Assembly (NCBI GenBank): GCA_051362555.1
Contig: CM120640.1
Span: 49,082,788-49,146,787 of the forward strand
DNA length: 64,000 bases
Reading direction: 5' to 3'
Source of the DNA: Lingula anatina
Taxonomy: Eukaryota; Animalia; Brachiopoda
Part shown: positions 1-12,568 of the stretch, in pieces
Numbering within the stretch: position 1 is the stretch's first letter
How the letters are laid out: each line of letters opens with the position of its first letter
The notes under the pieces: model-generated
What the model was told of the DNA's origin: nothing
Database searches by the model: none
What the model saw: only the letters and a program-made list of their open reading frames with translations
Position numbers and translations under genes: made by a program

Positions 1-499
1 ACTTTTGGAATATTTAAGTTTTCATTCCATTTTGCAGGGGATGGCGATGAATGGACGACAGTCAAGTACTGAGCTGCCAAATTTCGAGAATCATTTCATC
101 TTGGAATTATCATAAGTTTAAAAAACTTAAATGTAACTTAGTTATATTAGGAGGGGGAAAGAAAGAAACAACTGAAGAATAATGCTTAGCAGAAATTGCC
201 AAACAATTTGGATTTTAAGAATTAGAAAAATATTAACATTATAGACTTACAGTGCATGTTAAATATTCTAACAATTTACAGCCTTGCCAACTTTGTTAAA
301 GGAATTGATTTGAAAATTGCTTGTAAAGATATCATGAAGTTCTTTGGACATATACCAACCTGCCATTTTTTGCCAATATGCTGAAACTGTTTGGATCACG
401 TACATTTAAAGAATTTTAATGGAGCAGAAATTATCAGGGTGAAACAGACTTGTGAAAAGTGTCAAAATTGCCCCAGTTAAATGTCTTTGATATAACCTA

Positions 500-815
500 T
501 TTCAAATTGACAGATAAAGGCACATTGGATCTTCAAATTTAAAGATGGTGTGATTAAAGGTTTTTCTTTACAAAAAAAGTTAAAACTCATTATTGGCATG
601 AACAGACGAGAATTGTGAATTGTACCTTGATCTGAAAGTAAACTTTGTCTTTGGTGTAATCTTTGTTTCAAATCGACAAATAAAGGCAAAATGGATCTTC
701 AAATTTAAAGATGGTGCAACTTAAGGTTTTTCTTTATAAAACATTTATTTCAAGTATCATTAGTGCAATGAACAGATGAAAATTGTGAATTGTACCTTAC
801 TATGAAAGTAAACTC
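500..815. repeat. Diverged ~165-bp tandem duplication in the probable BRD8 3' UTR
   Basis: The blocks ATAAAGGCA..TGGATCTTCAAATTTAAAGATGGTG and ATGAACAGA..AATTGTGAATTGTACCTT..TGAAAGTAAACT each occur twice, at ~510-645 and ~677-815. Confidence 0.85.
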
Positions 816-1034
816 GTGGAATGATTTGAGAGCTCCCAAATTGCCTCCCAAGTTCAAAATGCGCTGCAGCTGAGTACTACATTTAAGTGCATTTCTTGTG
901 TAATTATTCAGCTAGGCATGATTGTTTTCAAGCGGAGACCCACTCTGCAAATACAATGCCATGTTGGGACTGGACAACATGACACAATTTTGCTACACCT
1001 AATGTTAAACTTAATGAAGTTTCTAAAATGATTT

Positions 1035-4000
1035 TCAGTCGTCTGCCCTGGTCTTCCTTCGTTTTGTTTTGCCTCCTTCCTGCTCAGCTGATTGTCTGCG
1101 AGATCCACGCTTCTGTTCTTCTTCCTAAAAACATGTAAAAATTCTTTTGTCATGAGACTGAAAAATGGTGAATGGCTTGTTAAAGTTAATTAAGTTTTTA
1201 AGTTCACTTGAAAGACCATCTCACAAATTAATGGAAAGTGTAGATATGACAAGGTCACAGATATTCTAAATGAAGTCTGTGGTAGCACAAAGAAGAAACT
1301 GGACAGGAACAAATCCAAGAACCGAATCCAGTTAGGTATATGCTTACTGCCTAACATAGCTGTATTGGAAATAGGTTGAATTCCAAGCATTTACCTTATC
1401 ACTGGCTGCTGTATCAGATCTTCTATTTCCTCGCAGCATCTTGGTTTCTGATGACTGGACCATCAGCTGTGTGCTGACAAATTGCTGTAGGCAAATTAAT
1501 ATATTTGTCAATTGGATGAATAGTTAAGCATTAATAATAATATGCAAGTAAAATAATTTTTTCAAATGAAGAAATGTTTCAAGTTTCTTCTTCTTATGGG
1601 AAACTGAATGTTTTAAAATATTTCTGCAATGGAAAATTACAACTGCTCTCACTCCTTTGGAAGTACTTCATATATTATACTTAATTACATAAAGAAGCAT
1701 GAGCACTTACTAAAATGTTGCTGAAAATGTGTCAAGAAAATCCAATGGTAATTTTTTGTAACACTAATGAAACTTGCCCACAGTTCCAGACCTGAGATAT
1801 TCTAGGAGTATAACCATCTCAGTAAGTATTATTATCCATTCCTCTTAAGACAAGCCAACATAATTTTCCCCCTTTCTATTATCTTCCTTGGACCTGCTAT
1901 TGTGGTTCCATAAAGTTAAGGCAAGGTACATTTGGCTCTTTATTTTCATAGCAAAAAATGAAAAAAAGTACAGAGGGGTAAAACCTGTCAAAGTGTAAAA
2001 TGGTCCTACATGTTAATATTCTCCCCTACCTCAATATGCTGCATGACATCATCATACATTTCCATAGCCATCTGATAAACATCATGGTCAGAGTTGTTAT
2101 ACATGATAGCATTGGTAAACATGAGCATCATGTCTCGCTGGAACTCCGTGGTTGTCCGGATTATTCCACTCTCCACATTTTTCTTCACTGTTGACAGATC
2201 TAAAGGCCTGCAGATAAACGTTTCAACATAAATTTACCCAGGGAATAATTTATGATATAAGAGTGTGAAGGTAGAACATACAGCCGTTTTGGAAAAGCTA
2301 TTCTGAAGTGTTAAATCTCAAATATATTAAAAGAGAAAATAAATATTAGTCTTAACTCTCAATAGTTCATGGCATTATGGGGACTATTCGAGATCATGAC
2401 CACTTACCTAAACACAATACTGGTGTACCCAGGAGCAATGTCATCTGTTACCGGATGAGCAAACACGTTGGCATATCTGCAAGACAACAATGGAATCATA
2501 AAGTTATCTTTTAATTGTTAAGCTAAGAAAGATAAAGATTGTACACTGAGGCAACAAGGCATATTTCTACAGGAATAATTTTCTCTTTGCTTTTAGTTTT
2601 TCAACACAAATTGATAACAAAATTTGAAAAGATAAATTAAGTTGTCAATAAAGAAGTGTTTCATGTTTATTGATATTTTGAATTCTTTTTTTTTTTCTAA
2701 AGAAGTTGAAATGATATTTTAAAATATTTGAAATTTTTTCAATACTGGCATAAGAAATGATCCATTAGAAAAAAATTATATTTGCTTTCAGTTTTTCTCA
2801 CTCACTTATGTTGAGCTGCATGCCGCCACACCAGCATTATAGCTTTTTTCCAGGCTTTATATGTGCGTTCATCTTCTGTATCACTACTGCAAAGGCAAAG
2901 TAGAATTCTTAATAGTATTACTGCATACACAGTTAATCCAACCAAGAAAACTACCAATGATAATACATTAATAAATACAAAGTCATACTGACAACAACAT
3001 ATGATACTTAAAGGTTTTTTGGGCGCATCTTGCAGCATTAAGTTATAACCAAACAGGGATTAACCTACCATTGAGACAATGGACTGTTGGGGAAGGATTC
3101 AGACACTGACATAGCTTGCCTACTGGGTGCCACAGAGGCATCATCACTGCCTTGTATGGTCTCCCCATCTGAAGACTCTGCTTCACTTAACCTGATACTG
3201 GCTTCTTCTTTACTGTCATCTTGCTGCAGGAATAGAAAGCATGTGCTTTGTTACATTGCATGCATGTGTTTTATGGCAAACTATGATGTACCATGGGTAA
3301 GGAAATTAAGGTTTCCATCTGTTAGTGTTTTAAAGTGACTAAAATTATCTAATATTAAAATATAATATTAAAGACATATATATTCTAAAAGACTTACAGC
3401 TGATCTTCTGGTAACGCGTGTACTTCTTCTGCTACCTGGTCTTGATGACCCCCGACCTATCATACCAAAAAGACATCAAAAAATGTTTAAAACATCAAAG
3501 TCACATCTTATCATTGAAGCTTGCTCTTATAGTTAGGCGGCTAAGCCAAAAAATTGTGCAAAAGTTGATAAAAGCATGAAACTTTCCACGATGAATGACC
3601 ATTGGGTGTTTGTCAATTTTGGATCGGGGGGCAACTCCAAAATTCACAAGTACCCGGATGAGCAGCTTTCTTAAAATATGCTGACTCAGCATTTTATGTA
3701 CATCCAGAATTCACGTAAACGAGCACTACCGGCGTTAATTATGATAACATGAATAAATTTGAGAAACGTACACTAACTGTAAACATCTATTACAGCAAAT
3801 TTGACGTCATGATGACGTCACTGGGTAATATTGCACAATAGAAAATGACAAATATCCACTCACTCGTATATGCCAAATAGTCGAACCCTGCAATGATCTT
3901 TCCTGTAAACATTCATTACAGAAATGCATCCTTGAGGGCTAGAAAGGTTGAGTTGGCTTGGTTTCTACTTCCGAGACTTTGAGCATTTTCAATATGGCCG

Positions 4001-7000
4001 TCAATTTTTAGAGAAAATAGAAAAACAACCAAGAGTTGACAGATATAATTTATTTGTGGCTATTGTGAATACATTTCCCGTAATGAGAATACAGTAGGAT
4101 AAATGACTGCATACTAGCATGTTTCTGTTATTGAAAAATCAAAATGGCCGCCAACGCATACAGCAGAGGATGAAGTAAAGCAGTATAATCAGTCTATAAC
4201 TTGTATAATTAGTCTAATTAAAACTTTTTATGCCTTCGATTTTTCTGTTCATTTGGATTTTTAATTAGCCATGATCCTTACCTACCATTATCAGCTTGTT
4301 TGACACTCAAAAATAAAAGGAATGAAATGAAAAAAAAAGAAAGAATAATTTTCAAAGGAGGGGGGGGTATAAATAAAAAAAAATTAAAAATAGTATAAAA
4401 ATATTTTAAAAATCAATTACAGACTTATTTTGGCAATTTCGTTTTGGTGGGAGTCTGAACTGCTAGAGCACGTTTTAATGCAAAATAAACATTCAGTAGT
4501 CAGTTGTTACCATCTCAACCATGTGAATAAATTTTGCTCTTACAGGGCTATAGACATTAGCATATTCCACTCAGTTGCGAATGAACGCATCCTTCCCACC
4601 GGGTCTCCCGCTGACGATCTTCCACTAATGAGGCCCTTGAACAAATATTCAAATTGCCTTCTCTTTTTGCTCGGATCAATAACTATCTCCCGCTGACGAT
4701 CTTCTGCTGACGAAGTCCCTTAAACAAATATGAAAATTACCTTCTCGTCTCGCTCGGATCGCTACCGATATTCCGCTGACGATATGAAAATTGCCTCTTC
4801 ATCTCGTTTGGATCGCTAAAGTCTAAATGACATTTGCTACGGACGCCGTACAATGAACTCGTACACGTTTTCCGTGGGATTTTTATGACATCGTAAGTGG
4901 CTACGGGCAACGGCAATTACCTCTACAGTACAGGTTTGTGCCGTGTCTTGTCGCTAATATCCTTTGCACGGGAATCTTAGGTGTTGAGATGTTTTTGGGG
5001 AGGTATATAAACAGGTGCATGTTTGAGAAGGTCATTATATCCGCAGCAGTGTTCAAAGATGGTAAGCCCAATCATACTTTGCTTGTCCCCGATACCCCCT
5101 CTCCCCTCTTGTTCTTTGCTGTCTTTTTAGGCATTTTTAAAACTTGACATCAATATTTTGGCCGTAGACTAGACGTAGAAGCCCGTATGTTGGATTGGGA
5201 CCCAGGCTAAAGGGAAAATTCGCTTTGTCGGGTGAAAGTGATCATACCGAGTCCGTTCAGTCTCAGTGCAATTGCAGCACGCCTTCCGTGTGGCTTTTCT
5301 TGGAGATAGACACGATGTCGGGACATATTCCTAGGATTTTTAGCACCCATGTGGTCAGAATAAAAAAGCACAACTTCAAATTTGTGAATTACAATAGTTT
5401 TAAACACCTTTGCTATTGTTATGCCCCCTTAACCCACCAAAGGTAGAAGGAAACGAAGCCATCGCCCGCTGACGATCTGCCGCTGACGAAGTCCTTTGCA
5501 CGGATATGAAAATTGCTTTCTCGTCTCCCTTGGATCGAAAACAACCTCCTGCTAAAGGTATGAAAATTGCATTGGCGTCTGGGTCCGACCGCTGCCAATC
5601 TTCCGCGAACAAAATCCCTTGAACCAATATGAAAATTGCCTTCTCGTCTCGCTTGGATTGCAAATGATCTCCCTCTGAAGATTTGTAAATTGGCTTCGCA
5701 TCTTGCTCCGATGGCGAATCACCTACCGCCGACGATCTTCCGCAAACGAAATCCGTACTTGAACGAATATGAAAATTACCTTCTCCTCTGTCAGCGCTGT
5801 CAGGTGCTGCTTGAAGGTCTGGTATGTTTCAGCTTTCATAATTAAACGGCAAGCTTGCTTAAAAATCTAATAAAAGTTGGAAATGCCTAGCATTGGTCAG
5901 TAGCCTTATTTTTCAAACATTAAGGGGTTGCTTCTGACATATCAGAAATGACTGGCTGGTTAAGGGAAGAAGAAATTTGACGAACATATTTCCTTTCCTC
6001 TTTGTAACATCTAGTTAACCAATCTGTTTTATAATGTTGCCTGCATTGACCACAGGCGTATTATTTTACTGACATACAATGTTTATGCAGATTTCATTCG
6101 TTTAAAATCTTTTTCAGCTGAAAAACATAATTTACCATCTTTTTACCTGCCTTTTCCGTGCCGTTTTGGTGGCTATTTTGCTATTTCTATTAAAATGACT
6201 TGCAGATTATGTGAAAGAACCCCTAATAAACACCACCTCTGTATTTGTATAAACATGCAAATAGACTTTAAAATGAAGAATCTTCACGCACTGTATATAG
6301 TTTGATGTAAATTGCTATGAATACTTATGTAATTTTGCGTAAAAATTGGCAGCCATTTTGGGTTACGAAAAGTGCCAATGTCCCAGAAGTTAGTAAAGCC
6401 AAGCTAAGTTGACTTTTCTGACCAAGAAAGGGGCATTTCTTTTTCAAACAATTACAGGAAACAACTTAGTGTTGTTCAACTATGGGACCAATTAGATTGG
6501 TAACCTGCTACTTGGAGGGCTTACGCCCTCACCACACATAAGTTGAATATTAAACAAGCAGATAATGGTTGTGTAGGAAAAAAGCTAACGAAAAATCACG
6601 ATGAACGGAAAAATCAAAGAAGAAGATGCCGTTAATTAGACTGATGATACTAGAAATATGCTGATTTTGCTGATTTACTTTACCCTTTGCCTCTTGGCGG
6701 CCATTTTGTTTTTCTATCAGTAACAACAACGTGCTAGATGTAGTCTTGTGCCCTACTGTGTTCTTCCGACATGAAACACATTCACAACAGCCACAAATAA
6801 AGTATATCCGTCGACTTCTGGTTGTTTTTCTGTTTTTCCTCAAAAATTGACGGCCATATTGAAAATGCTCAATGTCTCGGAAGTAGCAATCAAGCTAATT
6901 ATACCTTTCTAACCCTAAAGGATGCACTTCTGTAATAAAAAATTACGGAAAAGAAACATTACAGAGTTCGACTATTGTTCCTGTAGTAGAAAGTGGATAT

Positions 7001-10000
7001 TTGTCATCCTAAATTGTGCAATATCACCCAGTGACGTCATCGTGACGTCATCATTGCTCTCATAGATGTGCACAGTGAGCGTACGTTTTTAAAATCTATT
7101 TATGATATCATAATTAGTATTGTTAGTGCTCGTTTTGATGAAATCTGAATGTACATAAAATGCTGAGTCAGCATATTTAAGAAAGCGACTCATCCGGGTA
7201 CTTGTGAATTTTGGAGTTGCCCCCCGATCCAAAATTGACAAACACCTAAGGGTCATTCATCGTGGAAAGTTTCATGCTTTTATCAACTTTTGCACAATTC
7301 TGGATATAATTTGGACTTAACCGCCTGACTATTACATAAATGTCAATGAAGGATGCACTTTTAAGTGTAGTAATTCAACCCTGTTTCTTGGCTGTATTAA
7401 ATTGTAGATGGAAATGCATCTCATGGTTGTTGGCCGAAGACTCTGCCTTTGAGCTACAGTATTGCATTATGGAATCAAACCACCACCTGATCATTGTGAC
7501 ATTTTTTATCTCATGGTCCTGTCATGTGGTGCAGGAACCAGACCAGTCTATAACAGTGAATGTTTTTTCTTTAATATACAAATCCTCTTTTAATGCATTC
7601 TTCAACAGAAAACAAACCAGGCCATGATTTAACTTCAACCCTATGCCCAACATGACAACTGTTACCTCTGGTCTTCTTAGCCGACCTTCCTCCCTCACTG
7701 ACCCTGGAAGACACACTACTGGCAGGAGAAGGTGGCTCCACATATTGTTCATCTAGTGCTGGGGCTGGGAGGGGCTCTGGCAGGTCCACAGGCGTCTCCT
7801 GAAGGTGTAAGTAAGCAAAGAGTATTAATCATGTTCTTAGAATGGGAAATTTTGTACACCATGTCATAACAGGCTGCAGCATGATGAAAACAGAAAATTA
7901 GTGTCAAACACCTTTATGGAAAACATACCTGCTTTTCAACTGATTCTTCCTTTTCCTTTTTAACAACAGCCAATGGCACTTCATCTTCTGCAAATGAGAC
8001 GTAAATAAATGTTTCATTCAGAAGCATTAATTAGGCAAATTACTCCAAACAAGTTTCAGCTTAAAAATTTTCCATACTTAACAGCCCACAAAAATGTGCT
8101 TCATGAGTATGATATAACATCAAAACTAACAAACATATTTTTAAAAATCTACTATGGCTGCAGCAATCTAATTTGTGAAACAATCTTGCTCCCATTTTTA
8201 AGACCATTGATACAATACGTAAGACATCAAACCAATACCTTTTACAACATCAGCCTTGCATTCAGAGGACTCAGTTGAATCTTCTCTCTTAACTTGCACT
8301 TGAGACTCTTCTGTTTGTTTCTGCTGCTGCTGTTGTAACTGTTGCTGTTGTTGTTGCTGCTGCTGAGCAGTCTTTTGAAAGGGAGTGCCCAGCAACTTTG
8401 ACAGAGTGGGTGCTCCAGCTGATGGTGAACTTGGAATATCGGTGCTGCTATTGGACCGTGTGGCAGTGGCACTAGCTGCAGCAATGTTCACTTGGGGTCT
8501 GCCTTCAACTGGAGGTGGAGCAGCCAGCTGCTGTTGTTGCTGCTGCAGTTGTTGCTGTGCTTGCTGTTTGATTGCCTCTTGTGCTTGTTTGTTTTGTTGT
8601 TCTGTTTGCTACAATTTCAACACAAAGTTTTAATCAATTGGCCTTCTTTTGTTTCTAGCTACAGTTCCAAAAGAACAAAATAACTAAACCTTCACTTGTT
8701 TCTCAGTATAATAATACAAGCGCACAGAAATGCTTACATATATTGAAATGTAAAGATGACAACATACCTCCTTGAACTGCTGTAGTTCAGCAGGTCCTTT
8801 AGTAAGAAGTGTGGACAGGATCTGAGATGTTGCTGCAGGTGTGGGAGTGGATGAACTAATTATGCCTTCAGTTGGAGTACTTGCACTATCTTCAATCTGA
8901 AGCAAACATGATTAAATTTTTCTAAATATGTGCAACATTTTCCAGTTTCAGACATTCACATAATACAACATGTGCATTATTATATCAATTTATAAATCAA
9001 AATATGAAAGCCAACAACTCCTCCGTCTGTGACTTAACTATTGTCATTAAATTGTAAGAAACTCAGCATGGCACGAATATACATGCAGCTCAGCATTTTG
9101 GTTTCAATTATTCTTATTATATTGTGGTACTTTTAGTAACTGTTTATATATTGGGCTAGTTCCATACGCTGAATACTGACCCCTATCTCTATCTCTGAGG
9201 ACACAGAGTCCTGAGTGCTGTCATCCACCTCCAAACTGATACTGCTGGTTGAGGCTCGGCCACCTTTGGGAATTTTTCTCATCATTTTAGCGAGGGCTGT
9301 AAAATGTCAAGTAAGTTTTTATAGGCACAGAAGTAACAATTTATAAAAAGTAAATGCATAAGATACTATGTATGGATTACTAAGCCAGATGACAGTACCA
9401 CTTATAAGGCCTTAAAAATATTGTTTTAAATTATCTGAATAAAAAATTCTATTTTCACAAGTAATAACCAGTGCTAACCCAAGGCCTCAGCCCTTGAAGC
9501 TGCCTCTTCTTCAGCTTTCTGCACTGCAACCCTCTCTGCTTCTGCCTTTGCCTCTTTCTCTCTACAAGTAATAACAATATAATCAATCCATATCACCTGT
9601 TTTCGTTTATAGATTCATAAAACTATGCAACTTACTACAAAATTTCAGGGAGTCCAAGTATGCCTAAAGCCCTCATTTTTCCAAAAAATCCATGAGCCGC
9701 CCATCTTTCTTTGAAAATATAGGCTGCCTGGTGATGCTTTCAGCTGTCCAAATGATGACTGGACAGTTCCCTGGGAAAACCCTTGTATTAAGTTCTTACT
9801 TTATCCATTAAACCCTCCAATTCAGTTACAGAAGACTACAAAGAACATGGTTACTTTGGGGCTGGAAAATTTGCTCAAGTTACCCAAAGATTATTATTTT
9901 GCAATTTTCTTACTTTCAGCTAGTGTCAAAGAAAATCGAGATAACTAAAATTAATTCAGGTCCTGAGGAGAAAAGTTATGGAGAGCCAGTCTCCCATATG

Positions 10001-10317
10001 CTGTTCTTTATCATATCAAAAAACTGCTGATACTTTTTGAGCACTGGATACAAAATACATGTGCCACTTACTTCTGTATTCTTTCCCAGATCTCACGGAG
10101 TTTGTCATCACACTGGCCACTTTGCACTAGTTCATACTCTTGCTTCATAGCCCTTAAAATTTAAAAAGAAATATAAATATAATTAACTTGGTCATTTAAC
10201 TTGCCCATTATGCTGTTAACAATGCAAAGACACCATAAAGAATGGGCCCAGCCAGGGCGTAATAAACATGGGGTCTGGGCTTTTTATGCATAGGACTAGA
10301 TTTGATGCGGGCCTTTG

Positions 10318-10379
<62 letters not shown>

Positions 10380-12190
10380 CATTATTATTATTAACCAGTA
10401 ATAGTTTCCCATTTTCTAAATCTATTCTCGCAATCACAAATAAACACTTACAAAAATATATTTTGAAAATGAAACTGCAGAAGAATTATATGGAAATATT
10501 TTTGCTTTTTTTTCACTCTACCTGTATTTCTTTTGGTCCTCTTCAATTAATCTTTTTAACTCCTCTATTCTTTCTATTGTCAATTTCCTTACAATCTGAA
10601 CTGTAGGAGTTTCAATCTCTCCCCTTTCTCCCCTTTTCCTTCTACAAAAGTATCATAAATCAAATGTTAGCATTACACATACATTTCTTGTCCAACTTGT
10701 TTTCACAAAATGTCTATAAATATAGTACTCTAAACAGCTATTTAACTATTTGTGCAACTAACCTAGCACACATCTGAATTAAGTAAATAATTTGCTTTTA
10801 CTTACTTTGGTGTTTCAGCATTTTCCAAGAGATCTGCATACTGGAGTGCACAATTCTGAAATAAAAAATATTGATTATACCCAAAACAAAAATCAGCCAC
10901 CAGGTTATTTTTTAAAAGATGTAAAGCATATTGATCAAATAATAATAAATTAAGAAAACAATAATTTTGCTTCTTTTTGAAAAAAAAGGAAAAGGGAGGT
11001 ACCTTTAAAAATCTATACATTATTAATATTCAATCCCTTAAAGATACAATTCTTAGAGTTTTTGTTACAGTAAATTTCTCTCTTTTTATTCTCAAATATA
11101 CTGTTCATGTCTCAAAGGGATATCTTTCAAGAGTGAGGAAATTACTGCCCCTGCTCAAGGCGTGCATTTCCATGAGTATTTAAATTGCAAGAAATGTACT
11201 CAAATTTCCACTTGGTGCAGGAAAACAAGATTTTGAAAATATATGGACTAACAGTCAGGGAGTAGTGGAAAATAGTCCATGATGCCTACTACTACTAGTA
11301 CTAGTGAAACTGTTTCTTTTGGAAAAATAGCATCATGGACTATTTTCCACTATTCCCTCACTCTTAGTCTTTATATTCCTACCCCCCAAATAACAAAAGA
11401 TATTTTGCAAACTTTTTCTTTAAGTATGCCACAAACCATGGGTTTTCCCAGCGAACCATCCAGCCATCATTTGGACGGCCCCCAGCATCACTGGACAGCC
11501 TATATTTTCGAAGACAGCTGGACAGCTTATGGATTTTTAGAAAATATGATGACCTTAAGCATACTTGGACTATGTGAAATTTTGTGGGAAATTACAGGTG
11601 GTAATTTTGGAAGGCCTGTGCACCCAATCCTGGGAAAAGCCCGTCACCAACCTTTGTTGAAAACCAGTCTGGAGGTCTGAGCTTCTCAGCGAAAGGTTTG
11701 CTAGATCTGCTTACAGATACCCAATTCTGATCCCCACTCCTTGATACGGAGCTAGCTAATGCCAACCTTTCTTTGACGGACCATACATCTAGTGCACCAT
11801 GTTTTACTTTAAATTCTGGAGAAAAAAAAAACATTACTTTTGTATTATTTTAGTCTAACGTGCTTTAATATATCGATATTACAGCCATATACAATGTCTA
11901 GATTTATCTACTGATCAAGCTGATACCTGAACACTGTTTCAGGCAAGGCACAGATCAGATGTAGACTACTGCCTACTAGTACTAGTGAAACTGCCAGTAC
12001 TGGAGTGGAGTAAATACTACGTTGATGCAGAAAATCGTCTCACAAAAGGAAGTCGTGCTGTTGATTAAATGAAGTCTTTTACAAACATGAGCACAAATAA
12101 TCACATTAATATCTAAATAACTGGCACATTCTAAAAAATTGTCTCTTGTTGCGTGATTATTCAATTATTCTTACTTGGGGTTGCCGCCAT
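1035..12190 (-). CDS. BRD8: Bromodomain-containing protein 8 (NuA4/TIP60 subunit), ~18 coding exons, single C-terminal bromodomain
   Basis: Spliced GT-AG exons: 12175-12190 (MAATP), 11652-11815 (WSVKERLALASSVSRSGDQNWVSVSR...RPPDWFS, matching the BRD8 N-terminus), ~10806-10855 (CALQYADLLENAETPK), Q-rich middle exons, bromodomain exons ~2806-2887, ~2409-2476, ~2030-2206 (AWKKAIMLVWRHAAQHKYANVFAHPVTDDIAPGY...EFQRDMMLMFTNAIMYN), last exon ~1035-1124 ending KRRKTRADD-TGA. Confidence 0.95.
3530..7331. mobile_element. Non-autonomous DNA transposon, Academ-like, with ~500-bp TIRs, in a BRD8 intron
   Basis: Left end TAGTTAGGCGGCTAAG, right end CTTAACCGCCTGACTA; inverted similarity extends over ~3530-4040 vs ~6810-7331; TTA duplicated at 3527-3529 and 7332-7334. 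TAG...CTA termini with a 3-bp TSD fit Academ. No transposase ORF recognised. Confidence 0.8.
4600..5790 (+). repeat. Two clusters of an ~80-bp degenerate minisatellite inside the Academ-like element
   Basis: The recurring unit CCCGCTGACGATCTTC...ATATGAAAATTGCCTTCTCGTCTCGCT(C/T)GGATC appears at ~4605-4820 and ~5465-5790. Confidence 0.8.
8318..8600 (-). repeat. Coding CAG/CAA polyglutamine tracts of BRD8
   Basis: Plus-strand (CTG/TTG)n runs translate on the minus strand to AQQQQQQQQQLQQQQQKQ and KQQAQQQLQQQQQQL. Confidence 0.9.
9636..9785 (-). repeat. Dispersed repeat/MITE fragment, inverted relative to the copy at 11437-11643
   Basis: Its reverse complement (CAAGGGTTTTCCCAGGGAACTGTCCAGTCATCATTTGGACAG...GCATACTTGGACT...GAAATTTTGT) aligns with 11437-11590. 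Confidence 0.75.
10321..10376. repeat. (TA)n microsatellite
   Basis: Pure TA run. Confidence 0.97.
11257..11358. mobile_element. ~100-bp hairpin / internally deleted MITE with 29-bp inverted arms
   Basis: AGGGAGTAGTGGAAAATAGTCCATGATGC ... GCATCATGGACTATTTTCCACTATTCCCT, one mismatch. Confidence 0.7.
11437..11643 (+). mobile_element. ~205-bp MITE-like repeat next to the BRD8 exon 2 donor
   Basis: Imperfect TIRs GGGTTTTCCCAG / CTGGGAAAAGCCC; a second partial copy lies at 9636-9785. Confidence 0.6.
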
Positions 12191-12568
12191 CTTTAATTTA
12201 CCACGTACCTATATGGGTCAAAAATCCCAAATGGAAGCTATTTTCGATAAATGTGGAGTGTTATTTTCATATTTTTTGTTTTTCTAAGCTATAAAACCAA
12301 ATTATTCCTAATAAGTGGTCATTTAGTAAGTGTATTCATACTCATAGAATAGATATTATTTCAACTTTTGATATGTAAAAAACAAGGTAAATGAACGAAC
12401 CCGCAACCGATACAGCAGTGTTATCAGTAAAACTTGAGAGGTTGTGTCAGTTTGTTGAGGGTGTATCAAAAATCAATAGTTTTGTCAGTCCATTGGGTAT
12501 CTCACGCCCTAGGCATGTGTTGAATAGCACAAGAAGTACTTTCCACGACTCACAAACTACCAAGAACC
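12181..12568. promoter_or_regulatory. Bidirectional promoter region between BRD8 and the clarin-like gene
   Basis: Divergent ATGs at 12190 (-) and 12569 (+), 378 bp apart; YY1-type AAGATGGCGGC overlaps the BRD8 ATG; locally more CpG than the flanking introns. Confidence 0.7.

Noticed and set aside
4600-5790. ~80-bp periodic repeats as CRISPR or a coding repeat
   Set aside because: Whole units are homologous and degenerate, with no spacer structure and no sustained ORF.
8385-8683. Poly-Cys and poly-Leu plus-strand ORFs
   Set aside because: They are antisense readings of the BRD8 polyQ codons.
11279-11680. 133-aa plus-strand ORF antisense to BRD8
   Set aside because: It is built from two MITE remnants and an antisense exon edge; no protein-family features.
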